64,000 bases of DNA from positions 31,186,001 to 31,250,000 of the forward strand of contig NC_043000.1 in the NCBI RefSeq assembly GCF_006345805.1, in the 5' to 3' direction. This DNA is from Octopus sinensis (Eukaryota). This document shows positions 1 to 12,299 of the stretch, in pieces. A program made the position numbers and the translations under genes. The notes beneath the pieces are model-generated. The model saw only the letters and a program-made list of their open reading frames with translations. It had not been told where the DNA came from and ran no database searches. The first letter of the stretch is position 1. Each line of letters opens with the position of its first letter.

Positions 1-135
1 GAAGGGCATTCAGCTGTAGAAACTCTGCCAAATCAAGATTGGAGCTAGTGCAACCATCTGGTTCCCCACCCCTCAGTCAAAATAATCCAACCCATGTTAG
101 CATGGAAAGCGGATGGTAAACGATGATGATGATGA
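1..135 (+). mobile_element. RTE LINE 3' end fragment (dominant family)
   Basis: gggcattcagctgtagaaactctgcc...catggaaagcgga...(GAT)n tail, the same as the 3' end of the RT-bearing copy at 24300-25975. Confidence 0.8.
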
Positions 136-566
136 TATAATAAGGAAGAGAATATTTGGGTGATATGGTTTTTGGAATGGTCTTTGGGGTTAAGACTGTG
201 TTAAGGTCTGATATTAGAATGTCCCAAAATGTTTTATTCTTTATCTATTATTAACATGACATCCAACAAAAATATGTTAATTAACTCTATATAAAATGTT
301 TCATTGAGAAATAGTTGATTTCTACAGATTTATGTAGAGATCATTTGCCCTTTATTAATCTGAAACTGAGAAGACTTCATTAAGTCAAAGTCACTGTTAT
401 CAGATTGTTAGGTGTGTTCTTTTTGTATTTTTCACCTGGACTTTTAAACTCTAAATTATTTTATAGTTGGACTGAATATGTGCTTGTGTACAGAATTAAT
501 TTATTAATTGATATAATTTTCATTTTTTGTTGTTTAAAGTATTAATTTGTATTTTCTTTCTCACAG

Positions 567-712
567 CTTGTCAAAATGCCTTTGGTCTCACCTGTAACAA
601 TGGAGACAAAGATGAATGGTATGCTTTTAAAATGGACTGTGATATTCCAAAGAGGGAATTTCAGATGCTTCTTTGTCGGTCGATTGCTGATACCTTATGC
701 CGTACAGACTAT
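567..712 (+). CDS. ECT2: ECT2/pebble RhoGEF internal exon (end of PH domain)
   Basis: Acceptor ttttctttctcacAG and donor GTAAGT at 713. Encodes (A)CQNAFGLTCNNGDKDEWYAFKMDCDIPKREFQMLLCRSIADTLCRTDY, which matches my recollection of human ECT2 CHNAFALL...LPKENWLKMLCRHVANTICKAD. Ends in phase 0. Confidence 0.88.
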
Positions 713-3700
713 GTAAGTGAACTTATCCAATTTAGTCTCAATCTATAAAACCAGATTTGCATTAAGAGAATACTATTAACTTGATGTTATCTTTTTCATA
801 AGACATACTTTGAATGGAATGTTTGAAATGGAATTTTTGAATAATATCATCTACCTTTACAACAGATTGGGAGTGAATCAAAAGTTTAAATCTTTTGAAA
901 AACTCAGGAATCTATAAGACTGGGAAATGAATCCATGTTTTGTAGTATTGTGTGAACAAGAGATAAATCTTCCTGGTGAGGAGGTTAGTCTATCAGAAAG
1001 AATTCCCCAGAATATTTGCTAATTCTTAGTTCTCACAATCTGGTAAATTTAGACTGTCTAAGAATGATGTGTATTCACTATGGCATAATATATCTCTGGC
1101 TGATTTGAATTGATTGACTGTGTAATATCATCATCATCATCATCATCATCATTTTAATGTCCATTCTCTCATGCTTGCTTAGGTTGGACCAAGTTTATTC
1201 AGACAATTTCTCCATGGCTGATGCTATTCCGATTGCCAACCCACACCTATTTCTAGTATTTTCCTCATGGCCAGGCATGTTTGCACACAATATCAGTAAT
1301 GAATGGCACTGCTTGAATGACAGGACACTTATTTGCAACAATCACATGGTGTTAAGTCAAGGAGAGAGAGAGAGAGAGAGAGAGAGACACACACACACAC
1401 ACAGACACACACACACTCACTCACTCACTCTCACTCTCTCTCCTTCTCTGGAGCTTGGTGTAACTCTGTGACTTGCTGGGTCCTGTCAAACCATCCAATC
1501 CATGCCAGCATGGAAAATAGATGTTAAATGATGATGGTATGCTGGGTGTGTCCCAGTGTCCATATCTAGGGGTTTCATAGTTATAACACTGACACACAAA
1601 ATGTAGCTGGTAATATTGATAAAATAATAAATTTGTAAATGTTCTGAAATAAAATAAATAAGATTGAAGTCTGGTGCAGCCATCAGGTTCGCCAGCCTTC
1701 AGTCATTCGTCCAACCCATGCTAGCATGGAAGGCGGACGTTAAACGACGGCGGCGGCGGCTGCTGCTATGTTTGAAACTTGCTAGAATGGTTTGGAATTG
1801 AAAGGTTTAAAAGTGCAACATGGTAAAAATCCTAGAACCATCAGAGAGGGATGTGGGACTTGCTTAACATTTAGGAAAGACCTCAGTACTGTACTTTCAT
1901 CATCATTAGTGAAGAGTGTGATCTCTGGTAGTTTGACAAGGGATGAGGACAGTGTGAGATATAGAGAAATACACCTGGACACTGCTTAGATGATCTGTTA
2001 GCTAAAGTAGATGGTTTCTGCTAATGGGGTGGCCTAATTAGTACTAAAGATGGTTGAGGTGGAAGTGTAATATCAAGAAAAAGAAAGAGGTAAAAGAAGT
2101 TCAAAAAAGCATTTACACCTGTTTCCTGGGAAGTGTGAGGCTGATGGGAGAACATGTAAGGTCAGGGATGCTACGGAGTAGAGAGAGAGAGAGATAGAGA
2201 GAGAGAGAGATTGGTTGGGGAAACCTTGCAGAGCTGATGGAGTGGTTGAGTATTAAGTTCCTTGTTTCATGTACACTGGTATGAAGGCACATGGCCCAGT
2301 GGTTGGGGTATTGCACTCATGATTGCAAAATTAGGGTTTTGATTTCCAAATCAGGGCAGTGCATTGTGTTATTGGGCAAACTGTTTCAATTCATATTGCC
2401 CCAGTCCACTCAGCTGTCAATGAGCAACCTTGTGAAAGACTGGCATCCCATCCAGGGGGAATGTTGTGTTCTCAATCATTTACATGCCAGGGAATTTGGG
2501 TAAATTGGCTGTTATGAGTCGTACATCTTGAGACGGTAATGTCCAGGGGTTAATAATGATGTAGACAGGTGAAACGAGTGATGTGAATGCAGAATGAATC
2601 TTAGTTGAAAGTGCTTAGTTGATTTGTGCCATAGAAAGACAGGAAGAAATGGTGAGATCTTGGGATGTGTTTAACATTACAGATTAAACTGACACACAAA
2701 AAAGAGTGGCACTGTGCCATAGTGGGGTTGATATTGAAGTTGAAAATGTTTCTTTTTTTTTGGGTGGTCTTTCTCTTGAGATAAAACCTGAAAGGTTTAT
2801 GTAAAGGTTTACTAAGTCTATTGGAAGGAATACAAACCATTATAATTCTGGGGAGGACAAATATAATTCTTTTTGTTTGTCTCTGATGACACTGGTCATG
2901 AATCATGTAATCTAGTTAGAGGTAATTATTGTAAGATGTAGTTGGATAGGTATGCAAATATCTATATTTGAAAACATTTGAACCAAAGGAACATGATAGA
3001 AAATCTGATGTAAGAAAAAAATTGATAAAATCATGTTTTTGTTTTCTCAGTATTGAATTATAATTTTACTATTTTATTTAGTTGGATATTTACTTAAAGT
3101 TTTATTTGGTTTATTAATTATTTAAAGAAGAAAAAGGAAAAAAAAAACTTGTGTTTCTTAATCTGAATTGAAGCTTTAAATCTAATCCATTGCTAAGGAT
3201 TCCCAGGTTTGTCTTTTACTAGTTTCTCTTCAAAGAAAATCTTTACTTTTCCATTGTTAATCATAAACAGCCATTCTATAGGTTCCATTATAAACTATTA
3301 TTGTTTGTTCTCTACAAATTCTATATTACTTTCTCTCCCTCACAGTTATGTTACAGTTTTAAATTGTTTCAATAGTTTTTCCACAAATAAAAGACATATA
3401 CCACAGATGTTTAGTTTCTCATGGAATTCTTTACACTACTCATTTTATTTACCTTATATTTGTTATGTCTTACAATTGAGCAGATCTAGATCAAAGGCGT
3501 TCTGTCCATGACCATCTAAACAATTCATTTAGATGTAGTGTGTCTAGTTCCACAACATGCAATGTGCCATCCCCCTTTTTAATACCAACAGGTGGTCATA
3601 TGAGGGAGATTTGATTGTTATTTCATGCAGCTTGACTGGCCATGTTAAGTAAGGCTCCCTCATTGTCTTGTTTTGTGTTGTGGAATGGCAGAAACCATTG

Positions 3701-3892
3701 TGTATTTGATAATTTAATCTTGAAATATATGGTTTAATTTCTAACCCCATTGGGGATTAGTCTCATCTTTCATCACTCTGAAGCCTATAAAATCATTAAC
3801 AACCCCCTGTAAACCCCATTTCGACCCCAATTTCCTAAGTTTGTGATGTTGATATTGCATCATTGTGATAAATTGTTTGTTTGTTTTTTCAG

Positions 3893-3969
3893 GAGAAATT
3901 TTTCATCACTGTTGATGGTCTGACATTAAATGTTGACACAAGAGACTTGACACGGAGTAGAGCTTTACG
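3893..3969 (+). CDS. ECT2: ECT2 internal exon
   Basis: Acceptor ttgttttttcAG and GT at 3970. Encodes EKFFITVDGLTLNVDTRDLTRSRAL(R), colinear with human ENLIYTADPESFEVNTKDMDSTLSRASR. Phase 0 in and phase 2 out, compatible with both neighbouring exons. Confidence 0.82.
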
Positions 3970-4327
3970 GTACAGCACCATTATTGGATTAATTTCTTGT
4001 GTATTTTCCTCTTCAGTTTTTGGTTCACTTCACCTCATATCTCAGCTCTAACTTCACAGCAACAAATTCATCCAATTTCTCCTGATTTTCAGCTGATTAT
4101 TTCACACTATCATCATTATATTTGTTGTCCAGTATCATTTAATGTCTTTCTTGCTGGTATGGGTTTGGTCAGTTGACAAGGTCCAATGAACCAGAGGACT
4201 GCATGAAACCTAGTCTCTATTTTAGCATGGTTTCTATGGTTGGTTGCCTTTCCTTCCGAAGACCAACAACATTACAATTATGTACTGCATGCTCTTTTTC
4301 ATGGCATTGGTATTAGTGAGGTCACTA

Positions 4328-4549
4328 CTGGCAGAATTGTTAGCACGCCAGGCGAAATGCTTAGCGTTATTTCGTCTGCCGCTACGTTCTGAGTTCAAAT
4401 TCCACTGAGGTCAACTTTGCCTTTCCTCCTTTCGGGATTGATTAAATAAGTACCAGTTACACACTGGGGTCGATGTAATTGACTTAATCTGTTTGTCTGT
4501 CCTTGTTTGTCCCCTCTGTGTTTAGCCCCTTGTGGGTAGTAAAGAAATA
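4328..4549 (+). mobile_element. tRNA-derived SINE (family with gtcgactttgcctttcatcctttcgg central domain)
   Basis: A/B-box-like head (ctggcagaattgttagc...gagttcaaattcc), central domain resembling Deu/Nin-type SINE cores (from memory), tail aaagaaata. Confidence 0.75.
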
Positions 4550-6059
4550 GGTATTAGTGAGGTCAGCAAGAAACTTGCAAGACAAAAGACGAGAGGTGGT
4601 TTTTATGCCAGGTGTTGAGAGGGACAGGAACAAGTTTTTTGCGATAGAGCTGATACATGGCTATTCTGCGTCATATAAGGTTTGGGTGGGAGCAACACCT
4701 GTATCTTTGGTACAAGCTGGATGAATCTCAGAGGATATAGAAACAGTTAACAATCCTCTTTTCCCTCATTTTGAATCCCTCCCTCATCCTAATGACCAGC
4801 AAAATGGCTTATACAGAAGCAGATCCGTTTGTGACATTGTCCTCCCTGTCATTTGCTATAACTTCCACTTTCTTGCTTTTGATAATTTTTGTGAAGGTAA
4901 TGTTGTTAGACTTGCTATTAGGAAATCTTTTGATCCTATTCTGACATGTGAACAACCCAGCTTTGGTTTCTATCTACTCTTCATTTCAACATAATTTTTT
5001 TAACATCTACATTTCCAAACTTGCAAGGGCCAGGCATAATTATTTTGAGACAGATTTTCCATGGCTTGATGTCCTTCCTGTTACCAGTCCTTATCTGTTT
5101 ATAAGTCAGATAATATTTCCTTTTGGCCTGACATATCCTTCATAGAAGGCTGGAAATGAAAGACACTGCCTGTATGGTGGTGATGTTCCTTCACAACTAT
5201 CACACAGCCGAGAGAAGGGGTTAGTAACAGCCTGCCTTTCATCTTGAAACCAAAGATGGTTATTTTCTGATGGCACACAGGTGTTGATGAATTAGGGTTA
5301 GGGTTAGCTTCTCTGCTAGTTCCTCAACAGTTATAATGGGATTTTGTTCCACCAGGGTTTGCAGGATGTCTACAGATCTTCCAGGTCAAGGCTCGTCTTC
5401 TAGGCTGTAGTTTCCGGCTTGGAATTTATGGAACTACTGTAGACACTGGCATACGCTTATTGTCCGATCCCTATATACTGCATTAATATTCCTTGCACTT
5501 TCCGTTGCTTTGTTGCCTTTATTGAACTCATAAAGCAAAATATGCCGAATATACTCCTTTGTCACTTCCATTATAGCTTTGGAAAAACAGCTGTTAAAAT
5601 CGAACTGCACTCTTAAAATCTTGCACTAAGAATAAGGATAAGGTAAAATTACTACCTGCTTTTATAGCAAGTTGATGCAAGTAGTTTATCCCATCCCACT
5701 CTGACTTTTAGTTCATGCAGTTGAAAAAACCACATCATTTATGGGATGACCCAATATAAGGAAGTAAGATCTTGAATCAATATTATCTGGTTCTTGTATA
5801 TCGTATGGTGTCAGGCTATTGCAGTCTGGCTAGTTTGACTATTCTACCCACACCAGATGTCTGATTTTTGGGTGTAGCTGGCTTCTGTCTGTGTTGCTGT
5901 AGGTTCCCTTGTTAGAACCATGTTGAAGTAATGTATAAATAAAAAGGATAAATATGTAGATGTATGCAAAAAAAAAAAAAGAAATTTTGTTTGTGTCCGT
6001 CTGTTGTCATGTCCATCTGCAACTCTCTTTCATCCTCCCCACAAACTTACTCAACCAAA

Positions 6060-6424
6060 CTACTTTTAGCACCAACCAATCGTGGCCGTTGCAGCCTCCT
6101 CTGGCCCCTGTGCCAGTGGCATGTGAAAAAGCACCATCCAAACGTGGCCGATGCCAGCGCCGTCTTGACTGGCTTCTGTGCCTGTGGCACGTAAAAAGCA
6201 CCAATCGATCGTGGCCGTTGACAACCTCGCCTGACACCTGTGCCGGTGGCACGTAAAAAGCACCCACTACACTCACAGAGTGGTTGGCGTTAGGAAGGGC
6301 ATCAAGCTCTAGAAACACTGCCAGATCAGACTGGAGCTTGGTGCAGCCTCCTGGCTTCCCAGAGCCCAGTCGAACCGTCCAACCCATGCTAGCATGGAAA
6401 GCGGACATTAAATGATGATGATGA
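6060..6424 (+). mobile_element. RTE LINE 3' UTR fragment with internal sub-repeats
   Basis: Sub-repeats, then cacccactacactc...gaagggcatc...catggaaagcggacattaaa(TGA)n. Confidence 0.8.
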
Positions 6425-7134
6425 TTCTGCAACTTGCAGGTGCACCTTCACACATCTTCACTACCATCCTCTTTCTTTTCAACCTGAGGTAACCATGTAT
6501 TCCCCCCTACAGCGAGCCATCTGTTCCTGTCCCTTTATCAGACTTTAACCTCTCATCGCCTAGCATTAAGCCACCTCCCTCAATACTACTGCCACCCCAC
6601 ACCTCTGTTGGGGGAGGGGTCTTGTCTTGTGAGATACTTGGTAACCTCCTTAGTCTTGATACCATGTAAAACGCACGCAGTGCACTCTAATGTGGTTGGT
6701 GTTAGGAAGGGCATCCAACCATAGAAATCATGTCAAAGCAGACAGTCGAGCTTGGTCCAGTCTTCTGACTTGCCAGCTCCTGTTGACCCATCCAACCCAT
6801 ATCACCATGGAAAACAGATGCTAAATGATGATGATGATGATATATCACACATGTGTGATATATATTTATGTGTGTATACAGGCACACATACATCTATACC
6901 TGCACATAAACTTTTACAAAGAAAAGGTTGATACTGGCTTGCTCACTTTCATTAGTGTTGAGCAAGTTAAAATTTCAAAGGTCACTGCTAACTTCTTTCT
7001 TGTAAAAGTTTAAACATGAACTCCACTAAAAAGTATTAAGTATGTTTTCAATTTAATGTTAAATTGTCTTTTTGTATATAACCTGACATAAAGTCAAAGC
7101 ACAAACATGTGTGTGTGTGTATATACATATATAT

Positions 7135-7445
7135 AATTAGAGATAAAACCACTATTATGCAACTCAAACAGTGATAGACATAAACCAATACATAAATAAC
7201 AATTCAAAAAGTATAAAATGAATGATAAATATAATATAATAAGTAATTACTTATTACTTATTATATTATATTTATCATTCATTTTATACTTTTTGAATTG
7301 TTATTTACGTATTAGTTTATGTCTATAACTGTTTGAGTTGTATAATAGTGGTTTTATCTCTAATTCATATTTTATATTTATACTGTGAAATTTGATTTAA
7401 TACTAAATTGAACTTTTCCCTGTAAGTTTGGAGATATACTCCCTA
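7135..7445. mobile_element. Fold-back repeat element in (TA)n, copy 1
   Basis: Near-perfect palindrome 7135-7365 (aattagagataaaaccactattatgcaactc... / ...gagttgtataatagtggttttatctctaatt) with a further tail to about 7445. The same family recurs at 42618. Confidence 0.75.
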
Positions 7446-7447
7446 AT

Positions 7448-7479
<32 letters not shown>

Positions 7480-8153
7480 TATATATCAACACACACACAC
7501 ACACACAATGAGACGTTCTATAACCTGTTGGATCTTGTCAAGCCATCTAATCTATACTAGCATGGAAAATGGATATGTGTGTGTGTGTGTGTGTGTAATG
7601 ATGAATGTTTCCATATATGTATGAATATGGAGGCAAAAATGAATATATAGATGTGTAGCTGTATTCACTCATTTCAAGATGTATGTGTGTAGAAACCATT
7701 TCCTTTTCTACAATACCATTTATACATTCAAAATCTGAAGTTTGTCTTCATTTCAAATGTATTTATGCTTTAAAAGCTCAAGTCACACTGACTGACTGAT
7801 AGAAATGCTATCAGTTGAAACACTACCAAAGGCATTATATTGCATTAATAAGTAATTTGCATATCATTTTACCTGTTTGCAGCTATTTAACTTGTAAATT
7901 AGCATCTCACCTGTTCACGGTTGGTTTATTGTTGCTATCATAGTAGGGAACAAAGTGACCCGGAGATGGATGTGAAGGTTAATAGAACACAAAACTAAAT
8001 CAAACACACTTTTACTTGGTTTTTATGCATATTTATTGAACTTGTTCAAGCAATTAAATCCTTTCATTAGAAAGAAGATTACATTTGTTTTTGTTTGCTT
8101 TTTTTGTTGCTCATTAATAAACTGGAATATATTTCTATAATTTTTCTTTCCAG

Positions 8154-8340
8154 AATCCGTAAAAAAGTCGGCCGTGCCTTTTCGTTTAGCAAAACGCCAG
8201 CTCAGTTGAAAAGGGCTGTGTCAAGTGTAGCAAATGGTTTGAGTCCTTTTATGAAGGAGGGTCTTGGAGCATCTGTTGGCACTCTGGGTCGCAGCTATGG
8301 TTACTCTGCACATCGACCAAACAGTACACTAAGTTTGAAT
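8154..8340 (+). CDS. ECT2: ECT2 C-terminal-tail exon, copy 1
   Basis: Acceptor tttttctttccAG and donor GTAAGC at 8341. Encodes (R)IRKKVGRAFSFSKTPAQLKRAVSSVANGLSPFMKEG..., containing the conserved ECT2 KKV.RAFSFSKTP motif. Phase 2 in, phase 0 out. Confidence 0.9.
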
Positions 8341-9203
8341 GTAAGCTTTAACTATCTACTTTCTCCTTCAATATATATGAATATGTGTGCTTGGCAAGCT
8401 TTCTTCTCAACCATGTTGTCCCAGGCCAACCAAAGCCTTGTGAGTGGATTTGGTAGACATTGAGAAGAAGCTTGTCATGTGTATGTATGAATATGTATAT
8501 ATATATATGTGTGTGTGAATATATATATATATATATATCAACACACACACACACACAATGAGACGTTCTATAACCTGTTGGATCTTGTCAAGCCATCTAA
8601 TCTATACTAGCATGGAAAATGGATATGTGTGTGTGTGTGTGTGTGTAATGATGAATGTTTCCATATATGTATGAATATGGAGGCAAAAATGAATATATAG
8701 ATGTGTAGCTGTATTCACTCATTTCAAGATGTATGTGTGTAGAAACCATTTCCTTTTCTACAATACCATTTATACATTCAAAATCTGAAGTTTGTCTTCA
8801 TTTCAAATGTATTTATGCTTTAAAAGCTCAAGTCACACTGACTGACTGATAGAAATGCTATCAGTTGAAACACTACCAAAGGCATTATATTGCATTAATA
8901 AGTAATTTGCATATCATTTTACCTGTTTGCAGCTATTTAACTTGTAAATTAGCATCTCACCTGTTCACGGTTGGTTTATTGTTGCTATCATAGTAGGGAA
9001 CAAAGTGACCCGGAGATGGATGTGAAGGTTAATAGAACACAAAACTAAATCAAACACACTTTTACTTGGTTTTTATGCATATTTATTGAACTTGTTCAAG
9101 CAATTAAATCCTTTCATTAGAAAGAAGATTACATTTGTTTTTGTTTGCTTTTTTTGTTGCTCATTAATAAACTGGAATATATTTCTATAATTTTTCTTTC
9201 CAG

Positions 9204-9390
9204 AATCCGTAAAAAAGTCGGCCGTGCCTTTTCGTTTAGCAAAACGCCAGCTCAGTTGAAAAGGGCTGTGTCAAGTGTAGCAAATGGTTTGAGTCCTTTT
9301 ATGAAGGAGGGTCTTGGAGCATCTGTTGGCACTCTGGGTCGCAGCTATGGTTACTCTGCACATCGACCAAACAGTACACTAAGTTTGAAT
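9204..9390 (+). CDS. ECT2: ECT2 C-terminal-tail exon, identical copy 2 (tandem duplication)
   Basis: Same sequence and splice sites as 8154-8340 at an offset of 1050 bp; the ORF track gives an identical translation. Confidence 0.6.
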
Positions 9391-9565
9391 GTAAGCTTTA
9401 ACTATCTACTTTCTCCTTCAATATATATGAATATGTGTGCTTGGCAAGCTTTCTTCTCAACCATGTTGTCCCAGGCCAACCAAAGCCTTGTGAGTGGATT
9501 TGGTAGACATTGAGAAGAAGCTTGTCATGTGTATGTATGAATATGTATATATATATATGTGTGTG

Positions 9566-9600
<35 letters not shown>

Positions 9601-9721
9601 ATATAAGGGTAAATAATTATTAATTATAAAACCAACAATTATTTCCGGGTAGATTTCGGTATGGAAATATAGCCATTATCGGTAGGAACATTTTAAAAAA
9701 AGTTATATATATATATATAAA

Positions 9722-9850
9722 TAAAAGGGCAAACAACAGGTTGCTTAGCCACATACCGAAAAATTAGAAATAGCAGTCAAAGACCACTTATTTGACTGCT
9801 ATTTCTAATTTTTTGGTATTTGGCTAAGCAACCTGTTGCTTGCCCTTTTA
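9722..9850. repeat. Inverted repeat, 60-bp arms with 9-nt loop
   Basis: 9722-9781 is the reverse complement of 9791-9850 with 3 mismatches; loop GACCACTTA. Confidence 0.9.
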
Positions 9851-9935
9851 TATAATTGTTGAGCAGGATGTCAAACATTAAGGCAAGGCAAACATCTCAA
9901 GTCATATACAGTATTATTACAGGAAGAAATTCAAA

Positions 9936-9991
9936 ATCTTACAGCTGTTTCTGGGATATCCTCAAGTATGGGAAATTCCGTCATCAGAGAC
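9936..9991 (-). ncRNA. Minimal type I hammerhead ribozyme motif (Penelope-type)
   Basis: Minus strand GTCT-CTGATGA-[imperfect stem II]-GAAA-CAGCTG-TA-AGAT. Core is intact, stem III ACAGCTGT is palindromic, cleavage triplet GUA, stem I is short. Confidence 0.6.
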
Positions 9992-10470
9992 ATACTAGAA
10001 AATGAGAATGGTATATATTATTAAGATGATAACATAGAGGAAGGGAGTAAAAGAATAAGGAGATGGAAAGAGAGAAGAAAAAAGAAGCATAAAAGTTCAT
10101 GGTTCAACTTCGTGAGGCCCAATGCTTGAAAGGAACTCAGTCACTTTGCTTCTGTGAGGCCTAACGCTCGAAAGGAACTTGACCACTTTTGCCTCTGTGA
10201 GGCTCAATGCTCCAATGGTGCTCTTTACGTGCCACCAGCATGGGTGCCAGTTACGTGATGCCAACATCAGCCATGACTATGATTTCACTTGGCTTGACGG
10301 GTCATCTCAAGCACAGCATATCACCAAAGGTCTTGGTCACTGGTCATTGCCTCTGTGATGCTGAAAGTTCAAAGATCATATATATCGTTAATATATTTGT
10401 TAAAAGGAGATGTCAGTGTTATTTTCACTTTTGTGTAATTTAGATGACAGTTTATTCACCACACCCTGCA

Positions 10471-11625
10471 TATGAGGGGGAAAAAACAAAACATAGTACA
10501 AGACTTCTGATGATTTATTTTTCAACATAGTCCCCTTTGATGGCTGAACACATTCTCCAGCGGTGCTGAAGTGCCATTATCCTGGCATAGAAGAACTCTT
10601 TTGTTTGAGACTCTAAGAAACTTCCTACAGTGTCTATGATGTCATTGTCAGTGGCAAAATGGCAACCAGCCAGCGCTTTTTTCATTTTGGGGAATAGATG
10701 AAAGTCAGAGGGGCTAAGTCTGGCGAATAGGGCAGATGGGGGAACAAGTTCCTATCCATAATCACGAATTGTGGCCATGGCAACCACTGAGGTGTGGGCT
10801 GGAGCATTGTCGTGATGAAAAAGGACTCCTCTGGTGAATGTTTCTAGCCTTTTTCTTTGATTGGTTCTTGGAGGCTTTACAGTTGCTGAGAATAATACAG
10901 CCCTGTCACGGTGTGACCCTTTTCAAGGTAATCGATCAGCAAGACACCTTGAGAATCCCAAAAAACTGACGCCATGATCTTGCCAGCTGAAGGAATGACC
11001 TGGCCTTCTTTGGGGTAGGAGAAGATGTGTGCTTCCCCTACTTTGATTGTTCTTTGGTTTCAGGCTGGTAGTGATGAATCAAACTTTTGTCCATAGTAAT
11101 AAAACAGGCAAGAAAATTTTCTTCATCAGCTTCAACAGTTCCAGTTTGCTCGTGGACAAAGTGCACCTGGTGCGTTTCTGTTCAGGAGTCAAAAGGCGGG
11201 GGACCCACCTTGCAGAAACCTTTGAGAACCCAAGTTCTTTTGTCACAATGTTGTCTGCTCTTTCATTTGAGATGCCCAATCTCTCAGCTATCTGGCGACA
11301 TGATATTCGACAATCCTGCATTATCATACCAAGAGCAAGGTCAATGTTGTCCTCAGTGGTTGCAGTTGGAGGCCTCCCTGGTGTGGGATCATCTTCCACA
11401 CTCTCCCTGCCATGCTGGAATTCATTTATCCAGCGTTTGACTGTTGCATATGAAGGAGCATTGTCTGTTAAGTTTCTCATCGATTTCTGATGGAGTCACG
11501 CCTTTCAAATGAAGGTACTTTATGACAGCACGATACTCAGTTTTCTCCATTTTTCTTGTAACCTCGACACTTGTGTATTCAAAAATCAGTAACAAAAAAA
11601 AATTAAAATATCAGAATACTTGTAG
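10471..11625 (-). mobile_element. Mariner (DD34D) transposon, near full length, frameshifted transposase at about 10515-11550
   Basis: MEKTEYRAVIKYL start, WVPRLL, ITMD, HHDNAPAH and YSPDLAPSDF motifs. TA-TGAGGGG end at 10471; the other TIR is only a remnant; frameshift near 11130. Confidence 0.92.
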
Positions 11626-12206
11626 ATTTAGTGATCAAGCATGGCAACTGGTTGAAAAAAAGAGGGTTGACAGGAAAGGTAGAAAGAAGGGGAGATAATA
11701 AAGTATTGGTGATCTCAAAACGAAGGTGCGCATGCATGTGTGTATATGTGAGAATGTATAAGCGTGTTTGTGTTTGGGTAGGGGCCAGTTAATTTTGATG
11801 TGTGTGTGTGTGTGTGCGCGCGTCTGAAATGTGTAGTGTGGAGTGGGGTGGGGTGAAGGTGGGCTGTGTGGGTGGAGGGTGTATCAATGATGGGAGGATG
11901 TAGGTGTCAGAGCAAGAGAGGAGAGCAGAGGTGGGTAGGAGTGAAGAGAAGAAGTAGGTGTCAGATGAGGAGAGGAGGGGAGTTGAGTCCATGTGGTGCA
12001 AAGGAGTGAAAAGAGAAGATTAATTCCTTTTATATATATATATATATATGTATGTATGTAGGTGTCTAGGCATCATGTGATGGTTGTAAACAAACCTCAC
12101 CATCATGCAAGCAGTGTTGTTCATTGACATCTCCAATAAAAATTAAGACCTTATCTTCTTTTCTCATTGATTATGTAGTTCTTAAATTGTTTTCTTTAAC
12201 TTAAAG

Positions 12207-12299
12207 GAGATTGATTCTACCCTGAGTCACATCAGTGAAGTTCCTCTGGCTGTTGGAGATGACACGGACTCAATTAGTCTTGATGATTACACTCTCGCT
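12207..12299 (+). CDS. ECT2: Probable ECT2 downstream exon
   Basis: Acceptor ttttctttaacttaaAG, donor GTAAGT at 12300, 93 nt open in phase 0 (EIDSTLSHISEVPLAVGDDTDSISLDDYTLA). Assigned by splice signals and phase only, with no recognised homology. Confidence 0.55.

Larger units (their letters stand above)
7463..9569. repeat. Tandem duplication, two units of about 1050 bp
   Basis: 7487-8519 is repeated at 8539-9569, identical by eye except a CA tract 2 nt shorter. The junctions lie in (TA)n tracts. Confidence 0.95.

Noticed and set aside
5292-5307. Interstitial telomeric repeat (also 34970-34986)
   Set aside because: Fewer than 3 TTAGGG units, too short to support a telomere-fusion or healing claim.
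11047-11490. Plus-strand 147-aa and 117-aa ORFs
   Set aside because: Antisense shadows of the mariner transposase; the same applies to + strand ORFs over the RTE at 51872-55064.
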